From positions 4,774,001 to 4,838,000 of the forward strand of contig CM022665.1 in NCBI GenBank assembly GCA_012295275.1: a stretch of 64,000 nucleotides of DNA, given 5' to 3'. This stretch comes from Chrysomallon squamiferum. Its lineage: Eukaryota > Animalia > Mollusca. Positions 27,062 to 41,729 of the stretch are shown in pieces (positions within the stretch are counted from its first letter, which is position 1; each line of letters opens with the position of its first letter). Made by a program: the position numbers and the translations under genes. A model generated the notes under the pieces. That model did no database searches. It was not told the DNA's origin and worked only from the letters and a program-made list of their open reading frames with translations.

Positions 27062-27285
27062 GGTTGTCCGTTGGCCGAACGGTAGCGTCGTCCGTCTTCG
27101 GAGTGCGGGTGAATGGGTGTCATACGTTCGAGTCTCGTCAGCGGCATCTGACGTGTTTGTGAGGTCGTGATTGGACTTTGTCCTCCTGCGCCAGTGCGTT
27201 CCATGTGCGTATTGTCTATGTGCAGAGTCTATTCAGACGTACATAAGACAGAGAATATTCAAATACTAAAATGCATACATACATA
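27062..27285 (+). mobile_element. tRNA-derived SINE with a tRNA-Arg(TCG)-like head
   Basis: Pol III box A TGGCCGAACGG (27072-27082) and box B GTTCGAGTC (27126-27134); anticodon-loop-like CTTCGGA; head ends ...CAGCGGCA; ~120-bp body, then a TACA/CA tail. The acceptor stem does not pair, so it is not a functional tRNA. Confidence 0.75.
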
Positions 27286-27298
27286 TAGACACACACAC

Positions 27299-27347
<49 letters not shown>

Positions 27348-27975
27348 TACACATGTATATGCATAACCTGCAAACTGAATTCGTCTATTTGACTGTTTAG
27401 GAGGTTATACCAGTCGACTTCGACATGAAGTTTTCCAGAAAGGGTGAAAAAAAAAATGAAAAAAACAACAACATACCAGCACATTAAAAAGTGTGTACAT
27501 GATTAGACATACATCGTCATTTTAGTTATTGTGGCAAGGAATGATGTAAGTGTGTGTTGTATATTATTATATTCACAATCAGTTACTACATCTATGAAGT
27601 ATAAATTGTAAAGTCAAAACTGAAAAATGACAGTCTAAAACAAATCTGATCACGATTCAAAGATGCTATGAACGCTTATAGTAAGATCCACCAAATGTCT
27701 TGCGTGAATTGTTGTCATTTAGAATGGAAATGACAAATGTGTACTATGAATGATGTGAAAGACTAATAGCATCTGATATTAAAATGTCCTTTGTATATAC
27801 GCACTTACGACTGTTATATTACAACAGTATTACTGGTGTAAATCATCCGTATTTGAACTCGTGCGCATGTTGGCTGTGCCAAACAGAAGAGAACTGCGTA
27901 ATATCGGTAAATATTTTTTACCATGTGTTCCTGTTTTTATGTGAATTCGTGCCAGTGAGCCGAAAGGATTAAAAC

Positions 27976-28042
<67 letters not shown>

Positions 28043-28072
28043 AAGAAGAAGAAGAAGAAGAAGAAGAAGAAG
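27976..28072. repeat. Compound microsatellite (TAA)n-(GAA)n
   Basis: Visible runs. Confidence 0.95.
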
Positions 28073-29445
28073 AAAGAAGAAAGAAAGAATGAAAGAAACA
28101 TCCTAAACAGCTTTTATATTCGTGTATACTCCAACAGTTAGGCAGTACACTTTCTTTTTGAAAATTATTTACATCAGTCATTTCATATCAGTCTAATATT
28201 TATTTCGATTTTCATTCCGTTTTCAGTGTTGGTGGTATGTATGTATGTAGCATATATATATATTTTTTTTTTTTTGGGGGGGTAATATTTTCTTTTTGTC
28301 ATCGTCATAACCTTTTTTTTTTTTCCTCATACTATTCTGATTATGTTGCACAGTTACAGTTATTCCTCCAGTGTCTTAAAATCGTTAACTAACGAAAAAC
28401 TTTCCCTTGTGCATCAATAATAATGCATTTTCGATGTCAAGTAATTCATCATCATATCAAAAAAGTTATAGGAATAGAAATGAAAAAATAATAATAACAA
28501 AAAAAAAAAAATAATAACAAATAAAAAATTGTACAAAATAAAAATTAAAAAAAATATATTAAAAAGAAAATAGAAAATAAATAAAAAAAAGAAGAAAAAT
28601 TTCGAAAGAGATTGAATTCTTTTCTTTTATTATTTTTTGTTTTGTTCTGTTTTCGTTTATTTATTTATTATTATTATTATCCATCATACTTGCTGACTTT
28701 TAGACTTACATAAGAGATACATATTTCAAATCTTCGTTAACATTTATTTCGCATGACCTATACAACGTATTTTATTTCTTCTCCTTCAAACACTTGTTGT
28801 TGTTTTTGGTTTTTTTTTTGGTATACAGTTAAAAGCTGATACCTGGATGCTGCTGAATCAATAAACAGTGTCTGTAAAGTTTTATATTAATAATTACACA
28901 GTGACGACATTATCGGTTTAAAAAAATGCAAAGCCCAAAAGTGCAGTATTTATCCGAACCTGCAATAACAGACTCATTCTTGGCTTCTAAAATAAGTCGC
29001 TTAAAACCCATGCTTGATCTCCCTGCTAGTTAATATCCGTTGTGACAACGCTCAGTACTATAGTAATGATATTCAAGTTATCGTGAATGAATTCTGCAGA
29101 GAAAATCGTATTAAAGACAAGGTTTTTTTTTTTTTTTTTTTTTTTTTAGTTATTTTATTTTCTTCTATAGTGTTCAGAAAATAATAATTTCACTAGCCAA
29201 ATGGTTACGTAATTAAATTAGGCATTTTCGTAGCATTACAGAAACTGTAACGGCCCTGCAGCTAACTTTTATTTCGTTCTTTTTAATTCGACCTTCGTTT
29301 TCAAACGGAATATTTTATTTAGAAATAAGCGTTTTCACACGTGCCTCCGAGCAGATCGTTTAATGTCACACTTGTTGTTAGCAGTGATTGTGTGTTCTGT
29401 TTAGCGTCCGATTACAGTGAAACGTACTGGCCTGTCTGTCTTCAG

Positions 29446-29480
29446 AACGCGCTGATCTCTGGCATTCGTCGTTGTAATAG
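29446..29480 (+). other. Candidate 35-nt micro-exon (NALISGIRRCN in its only open frame)
   Basis: Acceptor CCTGTCTGTCTTCAG and consensus donor AG|GTGAGT, inside a CpG-rich island. No recognised homology. Confidence 0.3.
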
Positions 29481-30597
29481 GTGAGTCTGCAGCTCAGTAG
29501 AAAAATGCTGACAGGACGCAGGATCCGTTCACGCCAGAGTTTCTTTCCAGTTATTTTCCAGTCTCGTCTGCGCTCAAGATTCGATTATTAAGGATATTCA
29601 CATATTTTCCTTTCTGTTGGAATATGTACATAGCTAATTGAGGAAGTGTACCGTAAAGCTTGGCGACTGCTGGTTTCGTCGCTGTTATTTTTATTGTCTA
29701 TAACAATAATAATATTTTATAATGTTATCTAATCCATCTATGTATCGTTCAGTGAAATCAATTTTTTTTTTTTTTTTTTTTTTTGGTAGTGATGGATCGG
29801 TAACAACAAATTCCCCTTTCTATTATTACTGGTAGACAGTTGCATGTTAAAAACGGTTTGTTACCGAAAGCCAATAATAGTCTATTAATATTTGCTTGAC
29901 ATGATGGCGAAATGGAGGTTATCGCTTCCACTCTTTGATGTAGTAATCAATTTGTAATGACAGAATAAAAAATAAAAAAAAAAAAAAAAAACCAACACCA
30001 AAAAAAACACCTATGAAGTATTTTCTAGTTCTTCAGTGTCTGGAGTATTTGCACAACATGCCTTGAAATATTTTCAAACCTATCTCTCTGAGATATTTCA
30101 GCATCTAGCCACAGTAGCGAGGACCCTGAAAACATCGATGTGAGAAAATAACAGCGAAGTGTTGTCTATAGCGAACACGATGACAAAACTCGGAATGTCT
30201 CAAGGATATTCTATTTATACTGCAGAGCATTTCTCCCACTGTTTAATAATAATTTTCAATAAGAGTTAGAATAAAGTGTAAAATTGTTTGATCATTTCTA
30301 TTTCGGAGCAAACTGTAAAATGACTATCCTGACCATGTGAGCCAAATTTTTCAGTCATAGAGTGAGAAGTGTGGGATTATTTTGTGGTTTTTGTAAAAAA
30401 AAAATGTTATACAGCCGAATAAAAACGTATTTAAAACACGCACACAGACACACACACACACACATATATACATACACATATGCTCTTTGAATTTCCTATT
30501 ATACATTTCTGCCCCCTGATAACTGAATTAACGTCAAGAAAACAAACAATTTTTTTTTTTAAAAAGCTGAATAATTCTAACTCACAGGAACTTCATA

Positions 30598-30628
<31 letters not shown>

Positions 30629-31009
30629 GACATTTTGCTTCAAAGCTAACAAGGCTATTATTTCTGACAAACATACTTGGTATTATTTTATAATAGTTAA
30701 ATAATTAAAAATAGGACCCCAGTATGGTTTTTGCGAAAAACTGACACGTGTATTCGTAAATACTCGTTTACTTTCGTTCTTACTGAAACAAACAAAAAGG
30801 TAATAACAGATAACCCATTCCTGTGATTCGGTTAACGACAAAAACAAAAAAAAAAAAAAAACTTCAGAAAAAAAGTTAAAAAAATAAAAATAATATTTCA
30901 TGTATTTCAGTTTTTTTTAATAATAATAATAATAATATTAACAATAATGATGATGATGATGATGACGACGATGGTGATGACAATGATGAAGATAATGATG
31001 AAGAAGAAA

Positions 31010-31044
<35 letters not shown>

Positions 31045-31735
31045 AATAATACATACATTATTGCTGCTCATATATCATTGTAAAGCCGATTCTTCGGTAA
31101 TGCATTATAAATATGTTATCACTTGTAAGTCTTCCGGGACTAATTTTACTCTGGACATAAATCATGATTATAAATATTGCAAATGGAGATAAAATTGATT
31201 TCCACTTGCAGCTGATGGCTTTGATAAATAAATTTAAAAAAATGAAATTGATAAAAACGAAACGATGTTCTTAATATTCCATAAATAAATTCACGTCTCG
31301 ATATCCTCGTTAAACTTTACTTTTCTGTAGAAAATGAAAATTTTTCCTAATTCACTGCAGAAATATGTGTACCTTTATTACTACCGCAATTCAGCTTCAC
31401 ATTTATATAATTTAGTAGATACATTTTAAAATATATATATATATATAAATATATATTTTAATTCTTCTTCTTCTTGTGATGATGATGATGATGATTATGA
31501 TTATTATTATTATTATGATCACCATCATCATCATTATTTTTTAGTATAAATTAATATTATAAGGTATATACTGAGAAGCCCAGTTATGTCATAATTTTAT
31601 TGCATGCACGGTAACGCTCCAGCTTCTGGGCTATTTATTAAACCTTTTTGAACATGAAAAACGTTTATGAATGTGCATGTGTTTTGCTGCGTATATGCAT
31701 ATGTATGTGTTTGTATATGTGTCTGCAAGTGTGCA

Positions 31736-31783
<48 letters not shown>

Positions 31784-32042
31784 GTTGGTGTTTGGGTATG
31801 TGTGTATTTTGTTTCGTTTTCTGTTTTAAACTAAGATAACAAAACAAAAATAAAATTTAAAAAACAAAACAAAAAAAAAAACAACGCTAGATTTCTACCA
31901 AAACGTTAATATGAGAAGCCTCACAGCATCCCGTCGACAAGGATAAACATTAAAGCCAGCGGGGAGAAAAAAACCAATACAAATACAAAATGATAATAAT
32001 AACAAAAAATATCTAAAGTGCAGGAATAATTTCGTACTTGAC

Positions 32043-32077
32043 GCAAATACCATCACCGGGAGGGCTAAAATGTTACT
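32043..32077 (+). repeat. Dispersed ~36-bp motif, copy 2 (copy 1 at 20944-20979)
   Basis: Shares the core TCACCGGGAGGGCTAA and the flanking AAAT and TGTTACT. Confidence 0.8.
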
Positions 32078-32661
32078 GATAGCGTATTGAGCTTTTATAA
32101 TCAGTTAAAAGAAATATTGTGAAACGAAATATTATGAACATACCTTATGTTCGCAGATAAGTAAACAAGTAAAACATGTCAGCCAGTCAACACACAGGTC
32201 ATGTATGTGTGTATATGTATATATATATATGTTTGTATGTATATATATGTATGTACATATGTCCTATGTTCATATGCACGTACGTTCATGCGAACTTACA
32301 TATGTATCATGTGTGTACGATTAAATATGCCTAGATATATGCATGCATGTTCGTAAGCACATGTGTATGTTATGGATGTTATATAGTTATATATGTATGT
32401 ATGTGTCTATCTATCTGTCTCTCTATCTATCTATCTATTTCTCCGTCTGTCTGTTTCTCTGTTTGTCTGTCTGTCCTTCTATCTATCTTTCTATCTATAT
32501 TTGAGAACAGATTTTTAATTTTTTTTATTATTTTTGTTTTTTGTTTTTTCAGATCTTGATAGACTCAGTGTTATAACTTAATCGGTTAGTGACGAAGTGG
32601 TAATGTTGGAGAAACAGCTGCTATATGTTCATTCTCGAACAAACAGGTAACTCTTTTCACG

Positions 32662-32694
<33 letters not shown>

Positions 32695-32890
32695 CTTATT
32701 AATACTAGTTTCATCAGGGATAGGCGTTGCTACAGGTTATGAATATCATTAAGCAGTTTCAGTTTATTAACTGTTAAACAGGTTATTAAGAATAATCCAA
32801 CATACAACACTAATAACACTTTATGTAATCATATAATCAATATTGTCGTGCTGTATATTTTTTTGTTCGTAATGTAATAAAACAAGCCTT

Positions 32891-33035
<145 letters not shown>

Positions 33036-33541
33036 CATGAACTCTAGGATAATAATAATTATTATATATATTTGAATTCAGCGCAAAGAACGACGGCTCG
33101 TCAGAGACTGGTACTGGTCATAATCAACGGTCATTTGCAAACGAGTATGCGCCCGATTGCTATCATCGATCATTTGCATATGGAGAGCTCTATCTGCTGT
33201 TACTGGCTACAGAATCGATTCTAGAAGCAACAGAAGAGGAAGCCCCGTTTTAGTGAGTTTGTACTTGTCGGCGTGAACAGGACTGTACAAAAGTTGGGAA
33301 ATGCGGAGGATTTTTGTGGAGGAAAATACTACCTACAAATCGGCTTAATGCAGTTCTCGCCTGCTTACACTCATCCGAGAAAATCGCCCTGAAAGGATAT
33401 CGTGAAATTGAAATCGTAAGTTTTAATAATACTAATACTACTACTAATAATAATAATAAAAATAATAATAATAATAATTCGATGAAAAACAAAAAGACAA
33501 ACAAACTGATTATCCAGAACTCTGTACAATTGTACAATAAG

Positions 33542-33584
<43 letters not shown>

Positions 33585-34086
33585 GGTTTCCTCAGTTTTT
33601 AGGATCCTGCAGTAAAATTTGATCATTAGCAATGAAATTACTGAAAATAGTTGCATCACACTGTCTCACTGAGAGTTTCCCCAACTTGTTTCATGTGGTT
33701 GTTCTAAACTCCAGAATCGAAAAAAAAACCCTGTAACGTCAGTACTATTTAGGCTTTTTTCACAATACAGGTTTTTTTCTCGTTATAGATGGTTCAACAT
33801 TATAAAACAGTTTTCTCACATTAAAATATTTACAGTAAATGTTTTTAAAATGTGGAACTGGAACTGCAGGTTCAGACAATTAATCCAATTAATACCGAGT
33901 CCACCTGAATGAGTTGCAGTAATGATGTTGGATAACAGATGTGACGTTTTGTGATGGGATGTGCTTGTTATTTTCGTTTACTGAATCAGTTAATTAAATC
34001 CCAGACACTGAAGATGAGGAAAAATAAAATTTCTTGTTTCTTGACGCCTCATATTTATTTTATTTTATTTTATTTTTACTTTTTTC

Positions 34087-34154
<68 letters not shown>

Positions 34155-34777
34155 TGTATATTCCTTCATTTGTTCAATCAGTGAATATTTGTAACCAGAT
34201 TTTCCTTTTCTAATTAATAATAAGAAGAATAAATAAGAAATAAGAAAGAAAAAAATTGTCGCTACTTCATAGGTTATTCTAATTAACACTAGCGAACTTC
34301 ATTATAATTATGTTGTTATTTGCAAGTTCTAGTCTCTGTACTAATGATTGTTTTAATATCCTGCAGATAGCAGATGTTCATGCGTTGTTTAATGATAAAC
34401 GTTTCACTTATATATTCATGGGTTGGGGAAGAAATATTATTTGTTATCAAAATTACGTAATGTTTGGAAAATATTTTACATTTGGCGAACACAGAAACAG
34501 GTGTCAGTATTTAAATGTACACTTTTTCTAATTACAGCATTTAAAGTGTTGTTCCAGATCTTTCGACATTTTTAATAAATAATAAAATTGTAGTTTGGCA
34601 GAAATCTCTTTTCCGTGATCATATTTTACTTATATGATTACGTTTCCTCCTTGATACTTCATCATAATAAGGAATTTTCAATATATTTTCTATCGATTTC
34701 ATAGGAAATAATTTGTCATGAAAGAATGCGTTTATCAAAATAATTATATTAAAAGTGGAACATAATGAATAGCTCGC

Positions 34778-34808
<31 letters not shown>

Positions 34809-35972
34809 CTGGAAATTATGTTACTTTGGCGTGAAACACGATTTCCTTCCATCTACAGCACGTATAAAGATTTCGTTTTTGAATTTCATCTGTTCTAAGA
34901 TTTTTTCCTAAATCTATTTAATAACCAGTAACAGAAAAAATCCTATGTAATATACACAGCCTAAGACTCTTCTGAGAAAAACGTAAAAAAAAAAAAAAAA
35001 AAAAAAGGTTTAATTTATATTAATCCCCGTCATAATCTTGTGAGACAAAGATAAGAGAATTTAATTTACAATAATCACATGACTCCAAGTCTCTCGAGAA
35101 CATAAACGTAAAAGTGTTTATCATCATCATCATTACTGTCGTCATCGTTGTCGTTTCATCATGATCATCATCTTTATTATTTATTTATTTATTCTGTATA
35201 TTAACTTCATGTTCACGATCCCTAATAATCCTGCGAACAGAAACTCAACTAGCTTCCTTTATTTTCTATTTTGTCTTTTAAGAATTATATATATATTATC
35301 TGAGCATCTCTGCTTCCAAGTACCAATATTCACAGAAGATTGTTAACAGGTGGTTTAGGTTTCTGAAGTTAGACAAGTTAATGTTATTAAGGTCAACGAA
35401 TGACCAAGAACTTATGGGTCTTGCAAATGTCAACCATGCCACTATAAACCATATAGGACAAAAACCATGGCCATAGGACCTGGATGTGTGTATTTATTGG
35501 ATTGACTGGCTGAAGTGATAGTCTATAATCTTATCTAACGATCTTAATTGAAAGCTGTGAAAGGCAGTGCCTTCCAGTTATCAAGGGTTGATTAAGTCAA
35601 ATACCCTTTAATTGAGTTACGGAAGGAAATTGAATGGGATGATGATAGTTTTCTTCTTTAATTTTGTTAATGGTTATTAGTCCAGTAGGCTGTCATAAAT
35701 GGAATAAAATTAACCAAAGTGAATTTATTCTTAACCAATACAAACGTGTTTAAATGTGCTGAATGCGACACACAACATGTCATTGTTGGCGATTTTAACA
35801 GTATGTTTAATTTCACCTTAACTGTTTAGAGGTGAAAAACAAATTCTGTATATGATGACATCGGGATATTTTGTTTTCTTCAAATGTTTTATTTTTTATT
35901 TTTTATTTCATATATTTTTAGCGGATATCATTATTTAAACATAATATCTTTCATTCAACGTCACTGACATTC

Positions 35973-36094
<122 letters not shown>

Positions 36095-37614
36095 GTAGTT
36101 CTTTATTTTCCTTTCTCTAATTCTTTCATCCTTTCTGTTTCTGTCTTGCCAGTATTTTCACTTAGTCTTTTAAGGTATGGATACAATTCTTACCATTCTC
36201 CTGGGATCTGAAAGATTTTTAAATTAGAGCTCAGACTTACAAAACCAGTCTATAAAATGGAATGAAATGTAACCAGCGTCGTGATTGAAAGTCGTAAAGA
36301 AGTAAAGTTAAAACAGTAATTTGACCCTGGCCAAGAGTCTCAGCGAATGTCAACAGTAAAGCAATCTGAATAATTTTATTTGCGAAGTGTCACGAACTTG
36401 CCTAATTGTGTTTCGTGTCTTGCCGCGAACTGATCCTGGTTCTGTTTTATCTTTTAACATAAACTATTGCTAAAAACTGCATCTGCTCACCATTCTGGAG
36501 GTCAGATATTATTTTGGCCGTGTCAGCTGGACAGTGGTCTCATAGAACATCAGACTGGAATCAGAAGACCAACGTTTTAAAAAAAACAAAAAGAGTACAT
36601 AGATGTATTTGCTGAAAAATGTCTTCAGTGTTATTTCTAAAAGTGAGTCTTTATCAGTAGTGAGCCTCGTACCTACTGATAGCGTGATTACTGTAACAAA
36701 AATCATGATGTAGGATGCTAGTGAATTAATACATTACTGAATGTTTGAAACTTCTGTCTTATGGCAATATTAAGGGTTTCACCGAAGGTCAGTATGAAAA
36801 GACAATTTTACCGCGCCGCAGAGACTGGGTTTTTGCCTGTCTGTCATATCTGCATAAAAGTCTTATTCCAGAAACACGTGTTACAGATTCACACACACTA
36901 GAAATCGGCGCCATAACCCATTATGTCTCTTCCGTGTGCTGTCAGTTTTTATTTTCTGATTTTTTTTTTTTTTTTTAATTTAAAAAAAAAAACCGTAGAA
37001 ATGCATTCATGGTCAGCCAAGCTGAACTTCAACCAAAAACCAGCTCCACATACAAATACAAACATCGTTATAAATTCGAAATTATTGCAGTTTAAAAGTA
37101 ATTTTGGTTTTTTACATTTTCATTCTAAAACGTCGGACTGAATAACATATTTTGTGTTGATTTGCATGGATCACTGCTTGTTTTAGTTTGAGTAAGCTAA
37201 ACGTTTTGTCAGCAAACTGGATTACATCGACGTCTGCAGTGAATGTTGGTTTCGTGTGATAACCGTTCAAGCAGGCCTGTCGTGGGATACCGCTTATCAT
37301 TGCAAAAAAAATAAAAAAATAACAAAGTATGTTTGTAAGCCGTAAAATTGGCAGTCGAAATTAAGTTTTTTTAACAGTGATTTTTATTATCTGCTACAGC
37401 ATCGACGTCGTGATCAGTTATTTTTGTGAAGTTCCAGACTTGTTATTTTTGAATGTGTGAAAACCTATGGCTCGCGGATCGGCTGATAGCACATATTTCT
37501 TTGCAAATTAACTTTGTTCTTCGTCTTATTGAATTGAGAACGCCTTGTTGGGTTTCATAATGACTAGCGCTGAATAGTTCACGTGACTTTATGTGTGTAT
37601 ACGTTTGCGTGTGT

Positions 37615-37844
37615 AAGGAGAGGGAAGTTTTGTTTACGGCGCACTCAACATATTTTATTTACTGTTAGGTGGCTTCAGACATGTGGTTGAGGACTGCTCG
37701 CATAAAGAGAGAGTAAAGCCGCTTCCGCCACTGTATGTGCTACTCTTTCCGATTAAAAGCAAAAGACTGTTATAATTATGCGTCATCCCACACCCAGGAC
37801 AGTGCATACCAAGGCCTTGTTACACCAATCGTGTATCACAGGCT
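37615..37844 (-). mobile_element. 5'-truncated copy of a widespread mollusc-type tRNA-SINE (body and 3' tail)
   Basis: Plus strand reads ...GCGCACTCAACATATTTTATTTACTGTTA...CAGACATGTGGTTGAGGAC...GCTACTCTTTCCGATTA...CATCCCACACCCAGGACAGTGCATACCAAGGCCTTGTTACACCAATCGTG. This is colinear with the reverse complement of a SINE consensus I recall from gastropod genomes; recalled, not searched. Confidence 0.7.
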
Positions 37845-40800
37845 TTTACTCTCTTTGTCAGCGACCGTGATTTCGCAAAAAAAAAAAAAAAAAAAGTAAG
37901 TGAGAAAAGAATCTGTACTGAATCAACTCAGAACTCTTCATGTACTACTGTCATAAACCTAACCGATGACAGCTTTTATTTTTCCCACAAACAAGGCATT
38001 GCTTTTAACGTAGTAAGTTGTTCAAGAGGAGATAATGCTCTTTTTCTAAAGAGATGCGTGTAGAGCTATTACTGATGTTCATTTGAGCATGAGCTAAGTA
38101 GTGACTAGACAGTAAACTAATCAAGTTCCTTCTGTGTACGTACAAATTAATTCCTATTCGCTTCGTTAAAAGCTTTTCTTCAAATGATTTTAGTAAATGC
38201 GCGGATTCTTGAGAGAGACTGAATTTACCCTGCTCACGAAAGCTTCATTTTTTTTTTTTTTTTTAATCTATTTACCATTTGAAGTGCTTATCCATGTATG
38301 CATTTATTTATTAGTTGTCAAAGGCGAATATATAACACAGGTTTATTGAAAATATACCAACATAAAATATTAATAACGTCAGAATATTAACAATTCATAG
38401 CAGAACATTAACAATACTAAAAACCCGCCTCACTTAGAAGTCAGTTTGTACAAACATTCGGTACTTCATCTGGCAACAGTTGTAATTCATTTCGAAATGA
38501 TTAATTTTATGTTGTTTAATCTAACTGTGTGGTTAATCCTGCAGCAATGGTAGTGTTGTTTAAATTGTACTCAGGAACTCGAAAACAGTCACTGGTGCAC
38601 AGTTCATTAGAAATTATGTGCATCCATTCATATGTACCTGCTCTGTCTGACTAATGAACCGATGTATACCGTTTACTATGTATGTATATATACGTCTTTT
38701 TGTGTGTCTGTTTTTGTATGAATGAGTATATAGATATATATCGGTGTGTGTGTATTTGATTGTGAATATGTTGTGTTGAACGTGTGTCTGTATGTGTGTG
38801 TGTGTGTGTGTGTGTCTGTATCTGTGTGTGTCTGTGTCTGTTAGATATATCTGTATTTAATATTTAACCGTTTTTTATGTTGTATTACAAAGTTTATTCT
38901 ATAGATCCTTACAAAGAAAGCCTTCAGAGAAACTTTTGTCTGAACCCGAGATTTCGGATAAGGAAAAGTTGACCTGCACTATAACAAATTCTCTTAACGC
39001 TGTCGTTAACATCTGGCGTAAAACGTGTCATTGGTCTAAACATTCCTTTTCTTTAAAATCACCGTGATAAAATAGATACTTAAAAGGACGCATGATTAAA
39101 GGTTATATGTGATTACGTTCGATCATAACACATGTAATACATCGTCTCGGAAAAAAAAGAAAAAAAAAAAAGGCTTGGTGCAGAAAACAAGTTTTAACCA
39201 TTCAAAGGGAGCCACGATGACAGTGCACGATTTGATTTAATTGAAACCGGCGCTATTAAACTCTTTCGCCGGACGGTGTATTTTACAGAATACAGCTTGC
39301 ACCAATCGATTGCGTGCAAATGAAGAGGCGTTTTATCGAAGTAGATCTTCGACAATAAAAGACCAGAAGACATCTTCAGAACACTTACATAACAGAAGAG
39401 TTCCTTCCCAGTGACCAATTTGCCATGTTAATTTATCAACGAACGTGGTGGTATACGTTTCCCTGTCTGAAGTATGTTGCACATAGCAAGTCCCTTGCTG
39501 TTTGGAATTGTCTAACAAAAGGCGACATTGGAAATCCTTTCAGATATCTTGGGTAAAATATAATAAATGAATTCGTTGCTTGCTTGATTTGTTCCTTTAT
39601 ACATTCATTAATCTAACCGTCCTTGACTCCTATCAAGTAATGTTTCTTCCATCAAAAGATTAGATTCATAAATCAACGGCTTTGATATCATCTATCTCAT
39701 TATTTTTATCACACAAATATTTATGAAACAAATCTGCATTTTCCCTCTCTTCAGTATTTACTAAGACTAATGCTGCAAGCTATCTTGCTTGTACCCATCA
39801 CAATAACTGCTGATCTTCATAAACGGTAACCTCGCAAGCAAAGAATAGAAAATGAACGAAGATTACAAATCAATTGATAAAATTCAGAGACGAAGAAAAA
39901 CAAACAGTCAATACAGTTATATAAATGTATATATTTATATATCCTTCAAATAAGAGAGATGTAAAGCAGTATTTACCGAAAAGTAAACGTTTTATAGTTG
40001 TGATAATGTGATTTATTTTTTCGTTTTATTATTAAATATTACTCAAAAAAACAAAAAAACAAAAAAAACAAAATCTGTTTAGTAGCAAACATCTTGATTT
40101 ATACCAAGCCACAAAAGCATGGTAACCCCAGGGACTGTTAAATGTTTTTGTGTGTCTATGCGCGTATACGTGTGTTTGTATGCGTGCATGACTACTGTGT
40201 GCATAAATGTATTTAAAATAGTGCATCAGGAACTGAAACCATCAGCGACTGGACATTTATCAAATCGTCACCAGCATCCATAGGCATTTTTTTTTCACCA
40301 TTTTCCTTTCTTCAAGAATATTACATTAGGGCTAAAAGAAAATAAATAGCTTTATTGAAGGAAAAAACATTGTAGACAAAACTGCATTAAAGAGAAATCA
40401 AGATGTCTAACAAAATTTGTCTTGTCTACAGTTAACTCATGCTAGTACGCGTAGGTGACAAGATCAGTTGAAAATTGAAATACATGTTTATAAATCAAAT
40501 TCCCTTTTACTATTTTTTTATTTTATTTTATTTTATTTTTTTACTTTCTCCGATCAAACAGATAATTATTGTTATGTATAATTATTTTAAGCATTGATTT
40601 CCGGGAGAATTTGTTTTTTTAAAAATACAAAAATGTATTTTTGCTTAATGTTGACCATTGACAGAACAAAATAAATGGTCAAATTAATTTTGTCTACGTT
40701 CAAGTCTTTATTTTACTGTTTTAGGTGACCCATTATCGGTCGTTACAAAGTATGACAGTTAAATAACACTATTACAAAACATCTGAAATCCGCTATATCA

Positions 40801-41350
40801 CCCCTTCACAACTACAGAAAAATGGCAATGCCCAGATAATTTTAAAATTGTACTGTTTGTTATTAATTAAATTTGGACGAAACATTACAACAACAACAAC
40901 AACAACAATAATAATAGTTATAATAAATAAATACTATTACAACTAATAAAAAAATCTTTTAAAGTATGAAGAATATATTCTTTTTCTTAGAAAAGTAATA
41001 CATCAAGCTTTCCTTAGTTTAGGAATAACCATCAAGTTTCGAGTGAAGTTAATATCATAGAAAGAAAATAACATTCTCTGAAATGCTACGTTTTAATGGT
41101 GGGACAGACTGTACATCTGACTAACCAAGATGGAGGCGAATTCCTTTTGTAGAAACTGATGGGAAATTTTGTCGCAGTACTGGCCTTTCTTTAAATTTTT
41201 GTAATAAATGAAATATTGATGTTTTTGATTATATGCTATTTTAATGATGATGATGATGATTATTATTATTAGAATTATTATTATTATTATTATTTTAAAT
41301 TAAATATTATAATTATCTTTATTTTCTGTTTATTCTTTCATGAAAAGTAT

Positions 41351-41404
<54 letters not shown>

Positions 41405-41729
41405 GCTTAAACACTAAATTAAATTTTAAAGAAAAAAATGTCTTAGGAATTATTAAGCTGTTTATCATGACGATTTTACGTTTATTTATTGACAAATCTA
41501 TTAATTTAGTAGAATTCTTCGTTTCTTAAATCCTTTCTGATCAATAGAATTTTCTTCTTTTTTATTTATTTTATTTTATTTCTTTTAATTTCCTTTCAAA
41601 TAATAAATTATGATGACAATGGCTTTTATATGCTTTTTTTTTTTTTTTTTTTGACTTTATAATAATTGGTTATTAATCTATTATTTAATATTTTCTTTCG
41701 TCAAATTAAAAAATAATAATTTCAAGACC

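Noticed and set aside
27062-27146. Functional tRNA-Arg(TCG) gene
   Set aside because: The acceptor stem does not pair, the anticodon and T stems are disrupted, there is no adjacent poly-T terminator, and it continues into a SINE-like body.
39289-39414. Open frame after TTTTACAG (NTACTNRLRANEEAFY...PSQ*) as a terminal exon
   Set aside because: Weak pyrimidine tract, no recognisable homology, and length compatible with chance.
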